Assembly: GCA_964199315.1 (NCBI GenBank)
Contig: OZ116702.1
Coordinates: forward strand, 29,326,001-29,390,000
Length of the DNA: 64,000 bases
DNA from: Orbicella franksi
Lineage: Eukaryota
Reading direction: 5' to 3'
Positions 7,528-17,720 of the stretch are shown piece after piece; the first letter of the stretch is position 1; every line of letters starts with the position of its first letter. Below the pieces are notes generated by a model. The model was not told the origin of the DNA, searched no databases, and saw only the letters and a program-made list of their open reading frames with translations. The position numbers were made by a program, and so were the translations under genes.

Positions 7528-7933
7528 AGAGGTAAGCGCTTCGATGGTCTAATGGTTAAGACGTTGAGTTGTGGCCTCAAAGACCCAGGTTCGATTCCTG
7601 GTCGGGGCATTAAAAATTCTTTTTTATTTTCCATAGAGACCCCTGGCCTGTAAAATCTGTTTGGACGAACCCCACCCCGACGAAGATGTCATGCTCCTTT
7701 TCCTCAACCAACATTTTCCCCACCCATGGTACATGAGAAGAGACCTCTCCAAGGTCTGGCTCTTCGGACGCGTTTTCGAATCCTCCTCAGGCTTTCACGG
7801 AGAATTTCTCACACCCCAAACCATGATGCTAGCCCTCGTGCATCTGGGAACTAATGACGTGCAAGCACTCAAGATGATGCAAAAAATCACACAACAAACC
7901 ATGTACATTCTCTCGTTAAAGGATCTTTATTAG
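7502..7933 (+). CDS. Two-exon Polinton gene (7502-7531 + 7637-7933, ~108 aa) whose intron hosts tRNA-His
   Basis: Donor GAG|GTAAGC at 7532 and acceptor TTTTTTATTTTCCATAG ending at 7636. Splicing joins ATG 7502 in frame: MTSPKPSPKE|RPLACKICLDEPHPDED... Confidence 0.6.
7538..7609 (+). tRNA. tRNA-His (GUG)
   Basis: Cloverleaf GCTTCGA TG GTCT-AATGGTTA-AGAC G TTGAG-TTGTGGC-CTCAA AGAC CCAGG-TTCGATT-CCTGG TCGGGGC A. His-type loop TTGTGGC, A73, A/B boxes, T6 terminator at 7620-7625. Confidence 0.9.
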
Positions 7934-7957
7934 TTACAGGCATGAATAAAAATTTTT

Positions 7958-8362
7958 TCACTCCTCCGATTCTGGTGACGTCATCGTTTCGATAAATGCT
8001 CGGTACGCCAACTCTTCCCGGTTGTCCCAAGCGCTCTTCCACTCTTTCCATCCGGCCTCAAAACTATCAGGCAACCTCTCCAAACACACAGGTTCCTTTT
8101 TATCCAGAGACCTGTCCTCCAGCATCCTCTTCGACATGGCTTGTCTGAACTTGATCACCTCATCCGCCAGCTTCGTCATTTCTTTCTTCAGGAGGCTATC
8201 CGTACTGTCACTAACGGCGGTTTTCATAATCTTTCCAAGAAGACTATCCTTCACAGCCTCCAAAACCCTCTCCGCAAACTCCCCTCTCGGAATGTCGGCC
8301 GGCAACGCTCCTGCAGGAATACGAATCACCTCCACCTTCGTCTTGCTCTCCTCCGAGGCCAT
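7958..8362 (-). CDS. Polinton terminal hypothetical protein (134 aa, helical)
   Basis: aagATGg start, convergent with the plus-strand block, apparently transcribed from the terminal region. Confidence 0.7.
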   Translation of the reverse strand: MASEESKTKVEVIRIPAGALPADIPRGEFAERVLEAVKDSLLGKIMKTAVSDSTDSLLKKEMTKLADEVIKFRQAMSKRMLEDRSLDKKEPVCLERLPDSFEAGWKEWKSAWDNREELAYRAFIETMTSPESEE

Positions 8363-8439
8363 CTTCTTGTCACCGATATCGAAAACAACAATGCCATCTC
8401 CACCAACTCACAACCATTTTATTCACATCCGAACCCTCT

Positions 8440-8655
8440 ATCATTGGTTCTATTTGATCAATCACGTGACAACCTCGATTTCATGTTGCCTTATTTGGGC
8501 ATGCGCGAGCTGTGACGTCACGGGCGCCATGTTTTGCTACCAAAGGGGCCATCTTGGATTTGAAAATTTAAGAGAATGTATGGGAAAAACTTGGTCACGT
8601 GGTACAATCCCTGGCTCCTGATTGGTTACTGACCCTATCAGCGCTATTCACTACT
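8440..8655 (-). promoter_or_regulatory. Probable terminal inverted repeat region with clustered transcription-factor motifs
   Basis: CCAAT (8443, 8621), CACGTG (8463, 8596), CArG CCTTATTTGG (8489-8498), GCATGCGC (8499), CRE TGACGTCA (8513), YY1-like GCCATNTT (8526, 8548), ending in ACTACT. Confidence 0.55.
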
Positions 8656-10364
8656 TACACCCTATTTATATACTGGCCTAAAATCTCCAACATCGCTGGA
8701 AGTATGTGTAGAAATGTTGAAGTGACCACGGCTGTGAATTGACACTTTGTTCCGCTCAGTCTGCTTATTTGTTCCAAAAAATTAATGTTCCTCTTCGCTG
8801 AAGCTAGACGGGATGTTTCCTCGCCGTAGCACGTACCATGAACATCATCGTATAGATGTTATTGAACTTTCAATTGTAAACACAGAGGCAAGTAATTATC
8901 GTTCTAGTGTCTTGACTCTTGATGGACGATTCATGCAGAAAACTCTACTCCACTGTCGCCGAGGGAAGCAAAAAAAGTGTGGAATTGGCATGAATGTGAA
9001 TTGACGCTTTGTTATTTTACTGCTTGTTTCTCACAGAGACTGATGTCCTTATTTGCTTAAACTAGACGGGAAGTCCTCTTTCAGTAGCACGTGCCACAAA
9101 CATCGGCATGTGACTAAAATTGACCTTTCAATTGCAAACACAAATGCCCATAATATTTTCATTGCTTGCTTTTTTTTAACTGACACAGTGTTTGCCATTG
9201 AAAGGTCATTGAAAGTCATTACGTTCGTGATGCGTATGTTTGCTTCATGTACTGTAAAACTCTAACTGCGTTTTCCATTCTGAAAATAAAGAATTCGGTG
9301 TTCAATAAAGCTCTGTTTTTTTTCTGTTTAAGTGAGCTCCCATGTAAAAGATTTGATTTACATTACATGTGCAATTTGCAAAGCTACTGACTTGTCCTGT
9401 AAAGTGATGGCCGCAATATTCACCTCACATTGTAAATCCATTTCCAGGAGATAAATGAGATTAAAAGCCCGTGTCATCTTCATCATAGATCATAGATTTA
9501 ATGTTTGTTTTCATCTATTTTTCATGAAATCATGGAACGAAGGAACTTTACTCAATTTTTCGGGCTGTTTTCTTACCCAAGATGGCAATATGTATCGCTC
9601 TGAACGATTGATTTTCTCCTTAAATGCGTCTGCAGCGGTTGCGGAAAGATTCTTGCTCGTCGGGGCGCTACAAAGTTAAACTATAGTAGCACGATTTATG
9701 ATCATACTGTAGTTAATCTCCCTTCTTTTGCACAATGGAAAGGTTTTCTGTTTGTTTGTTTGTTTTTTGGTTTTGGTTTTCTGTTTTTTTTTTTTAATTT
9801 AATTTTATCAACTACTATTTTTGTTTATGTTTTACTCTTTACACAGTGGATAGTTACTAAATACTTATCAATTTTCATTTATTGTTTAGAGATTCTTTTT
9901 AGTTTTTGAGTCAAATGTATGTTATAAACTTGCGAGAGCAGCATTTTGGTCATAGCCATGACCAATGTCTTCCGGATTTTGCCGATATAAGTCTTATCTT
10001 CAATGATGTTATAGCTCCGGAGCCGCTAAAGGCTTAGCTTACCTGGAGAGCAGTTTTAAGACAATATATGGGCAACAAAATAACTTACTCGAACATGCCT
10101 ATTTCAATAAATAAATAAAGTCGGGCAAAGAGGTAAGATAAATTTGTTCTGGCTATTTCCAACAACCAGACCATAGCGCGTATAGGCGCCAAAAAGAGCA
10201 TTCATTCTTAATTACCGCAAATATTTTTACCGCCAGCCATCAGAAGATGTCTAGAAGAAACAACCGTGTATTATCTTGCTGTGATAATCGAAATCTGATT
10301 TAACTATTCTCCTTGATTTATTTTTGATTTTTTTCATTTCTTAGTATCGGCATATTTTAATCCC

Positions 10365-10445
10365 CATTTTACCATCCGCATTTTTCCATCCGCCATCCGT
10401 CATCCGCCATCCGAAATCCGCCATCCGCCATCCGCCGCCATCCGG
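10365..10445 (+). repeat. Degenerate (CCATCCG)n tandem repeat
   Basis: About ten imperfect CATCCG units visible directly. Confidence 0.8.
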
Positions 10446-11132
10446 TCAGCATTTTACAGAGACCCGTTTTCCTACCGCAAATGTGTCGTGTACTTGCCTC
10501 TTGTGCCGAGTTTGAAGCCCGTCTGACGCCGTTTAATGAAGTTATTCGTTGAGAAGAGAAGGGAAAGGCAGACCACTCCATCGATCGCTGGCCAGACGTC
10601 ACTCCACAAATCGCTCTCTCCTCAAAAGGAAAAGTCCCGAATCGCAATAAAACCAATAGTTCGACAAAGCCCAATAAATTTCGCTCCACATGCGCGTGCT
10701 TCGGCCGTCGAAGACTCGTGAAGAACGAAAAATTTGGCTTAAAGTTCGCCTCTTCTGCTTTCCTGATATGCTTGTGACCGACCGCGCGCCAACGGGTGCG
10801 TGACTTTGGTTCAAATGGACCAATCAGAGTTGAGGATGAAAACATACACTTGACCTTGCGTAGCGGCCGTTGGTTGGTTGGTGTTTGCATAATGCGCGGG
10901 GGTGTCGTTTTGTGGGGTGGCATTTTTGGTAGGAATGGCATTGTTTTGTTTTTTATTTATGTTGTTATTTCGTTGGTTTCCTCTTGCTGGGAGATAAAGA
11001 GTAGAGAATGTCTATTGCATCTTTGAGTGAGCAAAATAGGAGCTCCTAATTTATCCTTTTCTCAGTACGTTTACTGACTATGGGCCATGGATGGCCATGG
11101 ATGGTGTATCCTTACGAATATATGCAATTAAT

Positions 11133-11355
11133 GCGAATATATGCAATTAAGAAATAGAAAACATGTTCTTCGTGTTTCTATCGAGTGATAGAAACACTCG
11201 TGAAAGTTTGGGAGAACTCGAAAGAGCTGTTGAAACACTCGCCTATCGGCTCGTGTTCCCACAGCATTTCTGGTTCTACCAAACTTGCACTCGCGTTTCT
11301 ATAACTCGTTAGAAACACGGAACATGTTTTCTATTTCTTAATTGCATATATTCGC
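11133..11355. mobile_element. MITE with ~35-bp terminal inverted repeats
   Basis: GCGAATATATGCAATTAAGAAATAGAAAACATGTT ... AACATGTTTTCTATTTCTTAATTGCATATATTCGC. Confidence 0.75.
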
Positions 11356-11788
11356 GGAGCACTTTCCGTTACGTCTTTTTCAAAGATTCTTCGTAAAAAA
11401 CCGCTTTGTAATGGACCACTTTGAGAAAGTCTACTGCGATAAATGTATAGAGTGCTTTTACGTAACCCGTGAAATAGTAACTAAACTTTCAGATAGTATT
11501 ACACGCCAATTCCAATGTTTTCTTTTGTTAAGTTTTGACTATTACGCACTAATTGCTAGTTGTTGTTTACGGGTTGAATAAAATCACTCTAACCTACGTA
11601 TCCTTTTCAGATTCAATTCCTCATGCCGCCACTAGAGGCGTAAAACGTCGGCTTTCAGTTTGGCTTAGTTTCATCTTAGGATCCATTTGGAAGAGTATGA
11701 AATGTGTTGTCAACGACTGTGTAAACTGACAGGTCAATGAACAAGCCTGTGAGGTTCAACGTTACGCTTTTCCCTCGCTGTGTTTAAG

Positions 11789-11805
11789 GGTAGGTTGGAA
11801 AACCA

Positions 11806-11839
<34 letters not shown>

Positions 11840-12742
11840 TTATTAAAAAAAATAAAAAAAATAAATTAAAAAAAAAAATAATCATAATAATAATAAATAA
11901 TAATAATAATAATAAATAAATGTAAAGAAAAAATAAATTATTAATTTAAAGTTATAATAAAACCTAGAATCTGAACTCTGGACTCTTGCGGCTTGACAAT
12001 CAGACGGTTGCAGTTGAGTCACGATATGTGGTCACGCAATACCTTACTTTTAAATTATAAAAAAATATACAGAAAACAAGAAAAAACCTTAACAAGAAAC
12101 ACCCTCACATTCCCTGTACTTTGTTCTTTGTTTCTGAGTAAAAGGTGTGTCACACAAGAGATTTGAAGCTTTGTTAAAGAAGTTATGAATTTGGACGAGA
12201 AGGCTTAGTGATTGGAATTCGGAACATTGGCTTTTTTTAAAAAAGGTTTAATTGTTCTTTCTTTGCATGATATGTTCCGAATTCCAATCACTATGCCTTC
12301 TCGTCCAAATTCATAACTTCTTTAACAAAGCTTCAAATCTCTTGTGTGGCACACCCTTTACTCAGAAACAAAGAACAAAGTACAGGGAATGTGAGGGTGT
12401 TTCTTGTTAAGGTTTTTTCTTGTTTTCTGTATATTTTTTATAATTTAAAAGTAAGGTATTGCGTGACCACATATCGCGACTCAACTGCAACCGTCTGATT
12501 GTCAAGCCGCAAGAGTCCAGAGTTCAGATTCTAGGTTTTATTATAACTTTAAATTAATANNNNNNNNNNNNNNNNNNNNNNNNNNNNNNNNNNNNNNNNN
12601 NNNNNNNNNNNNNNNNNNNNNNNNNNNNNNNNNNNNNNNNNNNNNNNNNNNNNNNNNNNNNNNNNNNNNNNNNNNNNNNNNNNNNNNNNNNNNNNNNNNN
12701 NNNNNNATTCCGAATTCCGAATTCCGGGTTTTCCAACCTACC
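11789..12742. mobile_element. Foldback (fully palindromic) non-autonomous element containing an assembly gap
   Basis: Termini GGTAGGTTGGAAAACC-(GGAATTC)n and the reverse complement. Inner arms 11939-12227 and 12272-12559 are near-perfect inverted copies around a 44-nt spacer. Confidence 0.75.
12560..12706. other. Assembly gap (147 N)
   Basis: Run of N. Confidence 1.
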
Positions 12743-13001
12743 ATTATTCCACTGTCTCAGTATGTTTTGTTTGATTTATCAGCCACCAACGAACTTGATT
12801 GCAAACGGAAAAATATTAAATGAGGACGATCACCCTTCAATGATTGAACCCACAAGCTTTATTTCCTTAAGAACTTAAGGTTATTACATTCCGACGATAA
12901 TGATGATTATATCCCCTTATCATTCCACATCTGACCCTATATTATTCCACTGTTAGAACATCTTACACCGCCGTGTTTCCTGATCCCGTCTGTTGGCTGC
13001 T

Positions 13002-16000
13002 TCATTCTGCAGAGATAAAACGAAAATGATCTTTATCTCGATCACCCTTCTCTTGTCCAAAACTTTGACCCCTCGTCTCCGGTTTTGACTTGTGATATTT
13101 TAGCGAAAGTCGAGAAAAGGGTAACTGCTGTCAAGAAACTCATCCAGCCCTTTTAGAAAATGGATTCGACTGCGCTTTTATGTTTCAGATCCTCATTTAT
13201 AAGTGGCAGAGGAAATTCCTATTCTTATATATTTCATTATCACTCTACTTAGCAACATCTTGACAAGCAAATCGCGGGCTCGGCTATTTTTCGGAGACGG
13301 AAAATCGTAACAGCGCCTAACTGAACCAGTTCTATTTGGTCTCGAATCGTAGCAGTAGCATTCTCCAGGTTTATATAGATAATGTGGAATCTTGATTGAT
13401 CTAAAAACGCTAATTAGAAGACGGAAAGATATTAAAAACTACCTTCTATCCCGTGTACTATTGAAAATTCACGAATCTGATTGGTTCTTCCATTGTTGTA
13501 TATTTAACAATAGCGCGCGTTGGATATGAGATGGTAGATACCCCACGAGGCGCGTAGTGCTGAGTTGGCTATAACGATCTACAGTCGTCTTTACAAAAAA
13601 TAAACACCTATTCTGCATATCGTATTAATCAGGAGTGCACTGTATACTCGTTTAGACGCGCCTGACTAATGTATGGCGAGGGAAGGTCTATAGATAACCT
13701 ACTCACGAATCGTATGGGCCAAGACCAAGAATAGAGAAGTTAATTAAAGATACTCACTGCAGGGCTTTTTCGCGCATTTCTTGGTCTTTGTAGTACTTCC
13801 CTTACAGGGTGGATCACTTTTACATGTCCTTGTTCTTTCCTTTTTACCACCACCACAAGTTTTGCTACATTTGCCCCATTTGCTCCATTTGTTGAACTCT
13901 GAAGAAGAAACAAAATATTAATTAATAGTGACACGCTCCACTAGGGTGAACTGTTTTTTTTTTTTTTTTTTTCGTTTCATTTTTCTCTGGAATAGCTCCC
14001 ATGCACGAAGTTCCTAAAGTTATTCCCGTTTATGCTTCCACTTGCTGAAAAATATGTCGAGGTTTTACCTTTCCGGAATGCAAAGAAAATGAGACTGTAA
14101 ACTTTTAATTTAACAGAGGCCAGCACCAAGTTAAAATCGGCTGAAAAAACTAAATGAATGGATGGACGGAAAAATGAACGAATACGTAAAAATGAATGAA
14201 TCGATGTACAAACGGATGGATGGAAGGATGGACGATTGAGTGAGAGAGATTTGGCAGCAGTTTTAGAAGGTTTCAAATCACTTCGGAAAGCACTTTCTGG
14301 TTTGCTTTGATTTGTGTTTCTAAGTTATTTCATTGGTTCAGTTACTCCTGACGATTTTGTCTTTAATTTTCAGCCAATCAGATGCAGGTATAATTTTTCT
14401 TCGACTTTTGATTGGTTAATTAAGTGTTATTTTTGGCTGTTATCGTCAGCCTAGCTATAAGTCCAAATACTGAACTTACTACATTTTTCCTTATTACACG
14501 ACCGCGAACTCGACGTTTTTCCACGGCAGTCTCTTCCGCCATTTGCAGGTGGAGGATTGGTACAACTGCGATTTCTTGTTTGTTTTCCTTTACCGCAGCT
14601 GTAAGTGCAGTCTGACCAAGATGACCACTGACTCCAACCACCATTCACAGCTAGAAGGAAAAGAAAATATTGAAACATACGCACGCAATGCTTGCGAAGA
14701 GTTCTGGAAAAGTAATTGCAAAGGGATTGGGTGCAATTCCGAGAAAAGTACGGAGGAAAACATGACTGCCTGTCAGTAGAGGCACAAACTGAAAACAAAA
14801 AAGTAGGACTTCTGCCATGCAATTCGAAGACGTTACACAACTACAATTTACAAAGAAACAGATGCAACCAATTTTGATCTTTGTGACGTGCGTGTGCTCC
14901 AAAAAGCTGTCTTCTCCAAAACGAATTATCAAAGCGACGGTAATTTACTATATAGATATATTTTCTATTAGTTTTTAACATATGTAAACTTCGCCTATTA
15001 TTAATAACGAATTATTTTAAATTATTAAATTATCAACAAAGAAAAAATAGATGGCGGCTTAGTCATCATCAAATAACTGTTTATGTAGATAGCAATTCCA
15101 CTGAATATGGCCTCTCTCTCCCATTTGTGACACTATCAATCGCAGCCGAAGCTTAACACGAGACCTGGGCTCATTTTTCTCGCTTTATGTATTGCTTGGG
15201 TTCATCATTCGCTACCTGACCAATAGATACAAGAAATTAGGATATTTTGTTTTCTATTACTCACGTGGGCAAGGGTCCTCATTGCACCTTTGAGACTCAG
15301 TCGAGTCCCCACTGCACTGCGCTCCACCATTAGACGGAGGAGGATTGGTGCAAGTGCGACTGCGCTGTTGGGTTCCACCGCCACATGTAGCACTACAGGC
15401 ACCCCAATCTGACCAGTCAGACCAATCTCCATCAACTGTGCATGCGTTATCAAATAAAACTAGTAAGTAGACTTGGAAGTCAAATTTAAGTGAAAAAAAT
15501 CAGTGATGGTAGTAACATATGCATCAGTGCTTTGGAATTTTAGTTTTAATCATTAGGTGCTAGCTTAAATTTGAATGTTTGTATAACGAGCGCTACTGAT
15601 TCAATGAGTGTTGCCCCTATAAGTTCTTCAGTAATCTATATATTCATAAATGTTCAATAGAGCAAGCAACCGTGAACGAGCATCCTACTGGTATATGTTG
15701 GATCAATAGTAATCTAATCCAGCACATAAAATGATGAATTTTTAGAAAAGCAGAGACCGATACAACAAGGCGTATATTTCGGCTAGCCAAACCAGACTTC
15801 TTCAGGTAGCCGTCTGAACTGTGTAGTTTGAATCTCCTTGTGATTCACGAATTCCTTCCTTTTCTATTTACCTCGTGTAATCATTCCATATTAAACACAA
15901 CGTACCTGGACACAGATTCACGTTACAACGTTGTGTCTCAATGGGCGGACCTAGGGTTACACAGTTGTTTCCACCTCCTGATGGCGGTGGGTTTGTACAG

Positions 16001-17720
16001 CTGCGTTGTCGAATTTGAGTACCACCCCCACAAGTTACAGGACAGTCATTCCAGTCTCCCCACTCTGAGTAACCGCCATCAACTCTTCCTGTGTGAGAGA
16101 GAGAAACGGAAACAAACACAGCAACAATGGCCGCGGTTGAGTTCATGTGAGCTCAATTCAGATAGCGTTTATGCTCATGTCTTTTTCTTATTTCGCTATT
16201 TTTCTTACTATGGTGTCTTACTCGTGGCAAAGTGTTTGAAATTCATGCCTTTCAATTTTGATGGCCTGGACATGATTTCGCCTTCAAGTTCTGATTTTAA
16301 TTATTTTGTGATAAACCCGATGTGGTTGTCTTGCGTTTCGATATGCCGTGAGAGTCATTACAAAACCAGTGAACTAACACACGGTTGGGTGCTGGGGTGG
16401 GGAGGCTCCACCTGAGAGAGGTACCTTTTTAGACTGTAGGTATTTAAAGGGATAGGGATTTCACGGGTTGGAGTATAGAAACGGGTAGAGAAAATTTAAA
16501 AGGACCTTTCAACATATCTCGACGAGACCCACCAAACGGTCAATTTATATGAAAATATTTTAAGGAGTCTGATTCAAGCAAAAAATTAAGAATAGAGATG
16601 CAGTTTCCCTTCTGTCAAAATGTGAAAGGGGGACCATTTTCTATCGAAGGTGAAGGAAAGGGTTAAGGGTTTAGACCGCGAGGCGGAGCGGCGCCCTGTT
16701 TAAAACTTACGGAAACTACCGTATTTTCTCGATTAAACGCCGGGTATCGAATAAACGCCGGGTCTCCAGGATGGAGTTGAAAATAGGCCCCTCCGGTATT
16801 TATTTAAGGTATAATAAGCTGCAGGTATATTAGCAAAATACATTTTTGTCAAAAATAATGATTAAAAAATGTTGCTTTATGAAAACGAGCTCGAATAAAC
16901 TGCAGGAGTCAAATAAACGCCGGGTCCACAAGGCCAAGTTTGAAATAAACGCCGGAGGGTGTCTAATTGAGAAAATACGGTAACACTATTTATTTACCTG
17001 GAACCATTCGGCAGCATCTGATTTGAGTTAGACAGTCAATAGTAGAACATTTTGCTTTATACAATCCTTTCATGAAAAACCCGTCAGGACACTGTTCTGT
17101 TCCATCTTCTGTGAAATCCACATCAACGTCCCTACAGGGCCCGTCTTGATCTGGATGGCTATCCGGTTTACAACACTGACCCTGCCCAATATCAGCCAAG
17201 AAATTTCGCCCAATGGTGAAAAATCCGTGGAAGAAATAACCATCGCGTAGACATGTTGCCCACACGTCATCTCTGAACAGGGAGAATGAAATAAAACGAA
17301 AGAAATACAATCGAATGCCGGTATGAATGTACGAGTTTAAAGACTTTCCCAAAAGGTGTATAATAAAGCTTTTAAAAATATCGAAATTTACAGTTCCCTG
17401 AAAATTCTGCAGGTTCTCATAACTGACCTGTTCAAAGTGGTCCACCAATCCTCCATATAACAGTCATTTCCTTCCTGGGAATATGGAAGATTAACTGCAC
17501 AGCATGTGGCAGCCTTAATGACGGCTGGTCCATTTTCCAGCTGAACATCATATCCTCCGCTCCTCATTCCACTCACATAGGAGACATCATCTTGGCACTG
17601 GGACGTGAAATCGCCATCATTTCCAAACGTACTGCTCCAGTCTTGTTCCGTACACTGCTGACCTCTGGCGGGACTGGTCTCGAATAACAACAGTAACTGG
17701 ATGATTGTAAAAATTCGCAT
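13002..17720 (-). CDS. Secreted triple Cys-repeat + 4x thrombospondin type-1 repeat protein, copy 1 (~412 aa)
   Basis: GT-AG exons 17720-17428, 17272-16998, 16088-15906, 15435-15265, 14650-14480, 13898-13758 and a tentative terminal exon 13006-13002. Signal peptide [20 protein letters not shown]; WSxW...CGGG...RxRxC TSR motifs. Confidence 0.8.
16719..16980. mobile_element. Tc1/mariner-type MITE (left arm only)
   Basis: TIR CCGTATTTTCTC/GAGAAAATACGG, TA TSD, empty site in the right arm near 58250. Confidence 0.8.

Larger units (their letters stand above)
1..8655 (-). mobile_element. Polinton/Maverick (adintovirus-like) element, right-hand portion, truncated by the window start
   Basis: Contains an rve+chromodomain integrase, two Polinton-type penton genes and dense, mostly overlapping ORFs, and is more GC-rich than the flanking AT-rich host DNA. 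It ends in ACTACT at 8650-8655 (5'-AGTAGT on the minus strand, a typical Polinton terminus). Candidate 6-bp TSD is TACACC at 8656-8661, not verifiable without the left end. Confidence 0.9.

Noticed and set aside
8022-8621. 199-aa plus-strand ORF at the element end
   Set aside because: Antisense to 7958..8362, non-ATG start, and runs through the terminal regulatory region.
11809-11838. (GGAATTC)n array, and the CCGTTA array at 53365-54034, as CRISPR-like repeats
   Set aside because: No constant-length repeat/unique spacer structure, no cas genes, eukaryotic context.
12541-12744. ORFs spanning the N run
   Set aside because: Artefacts of the assembly gap.
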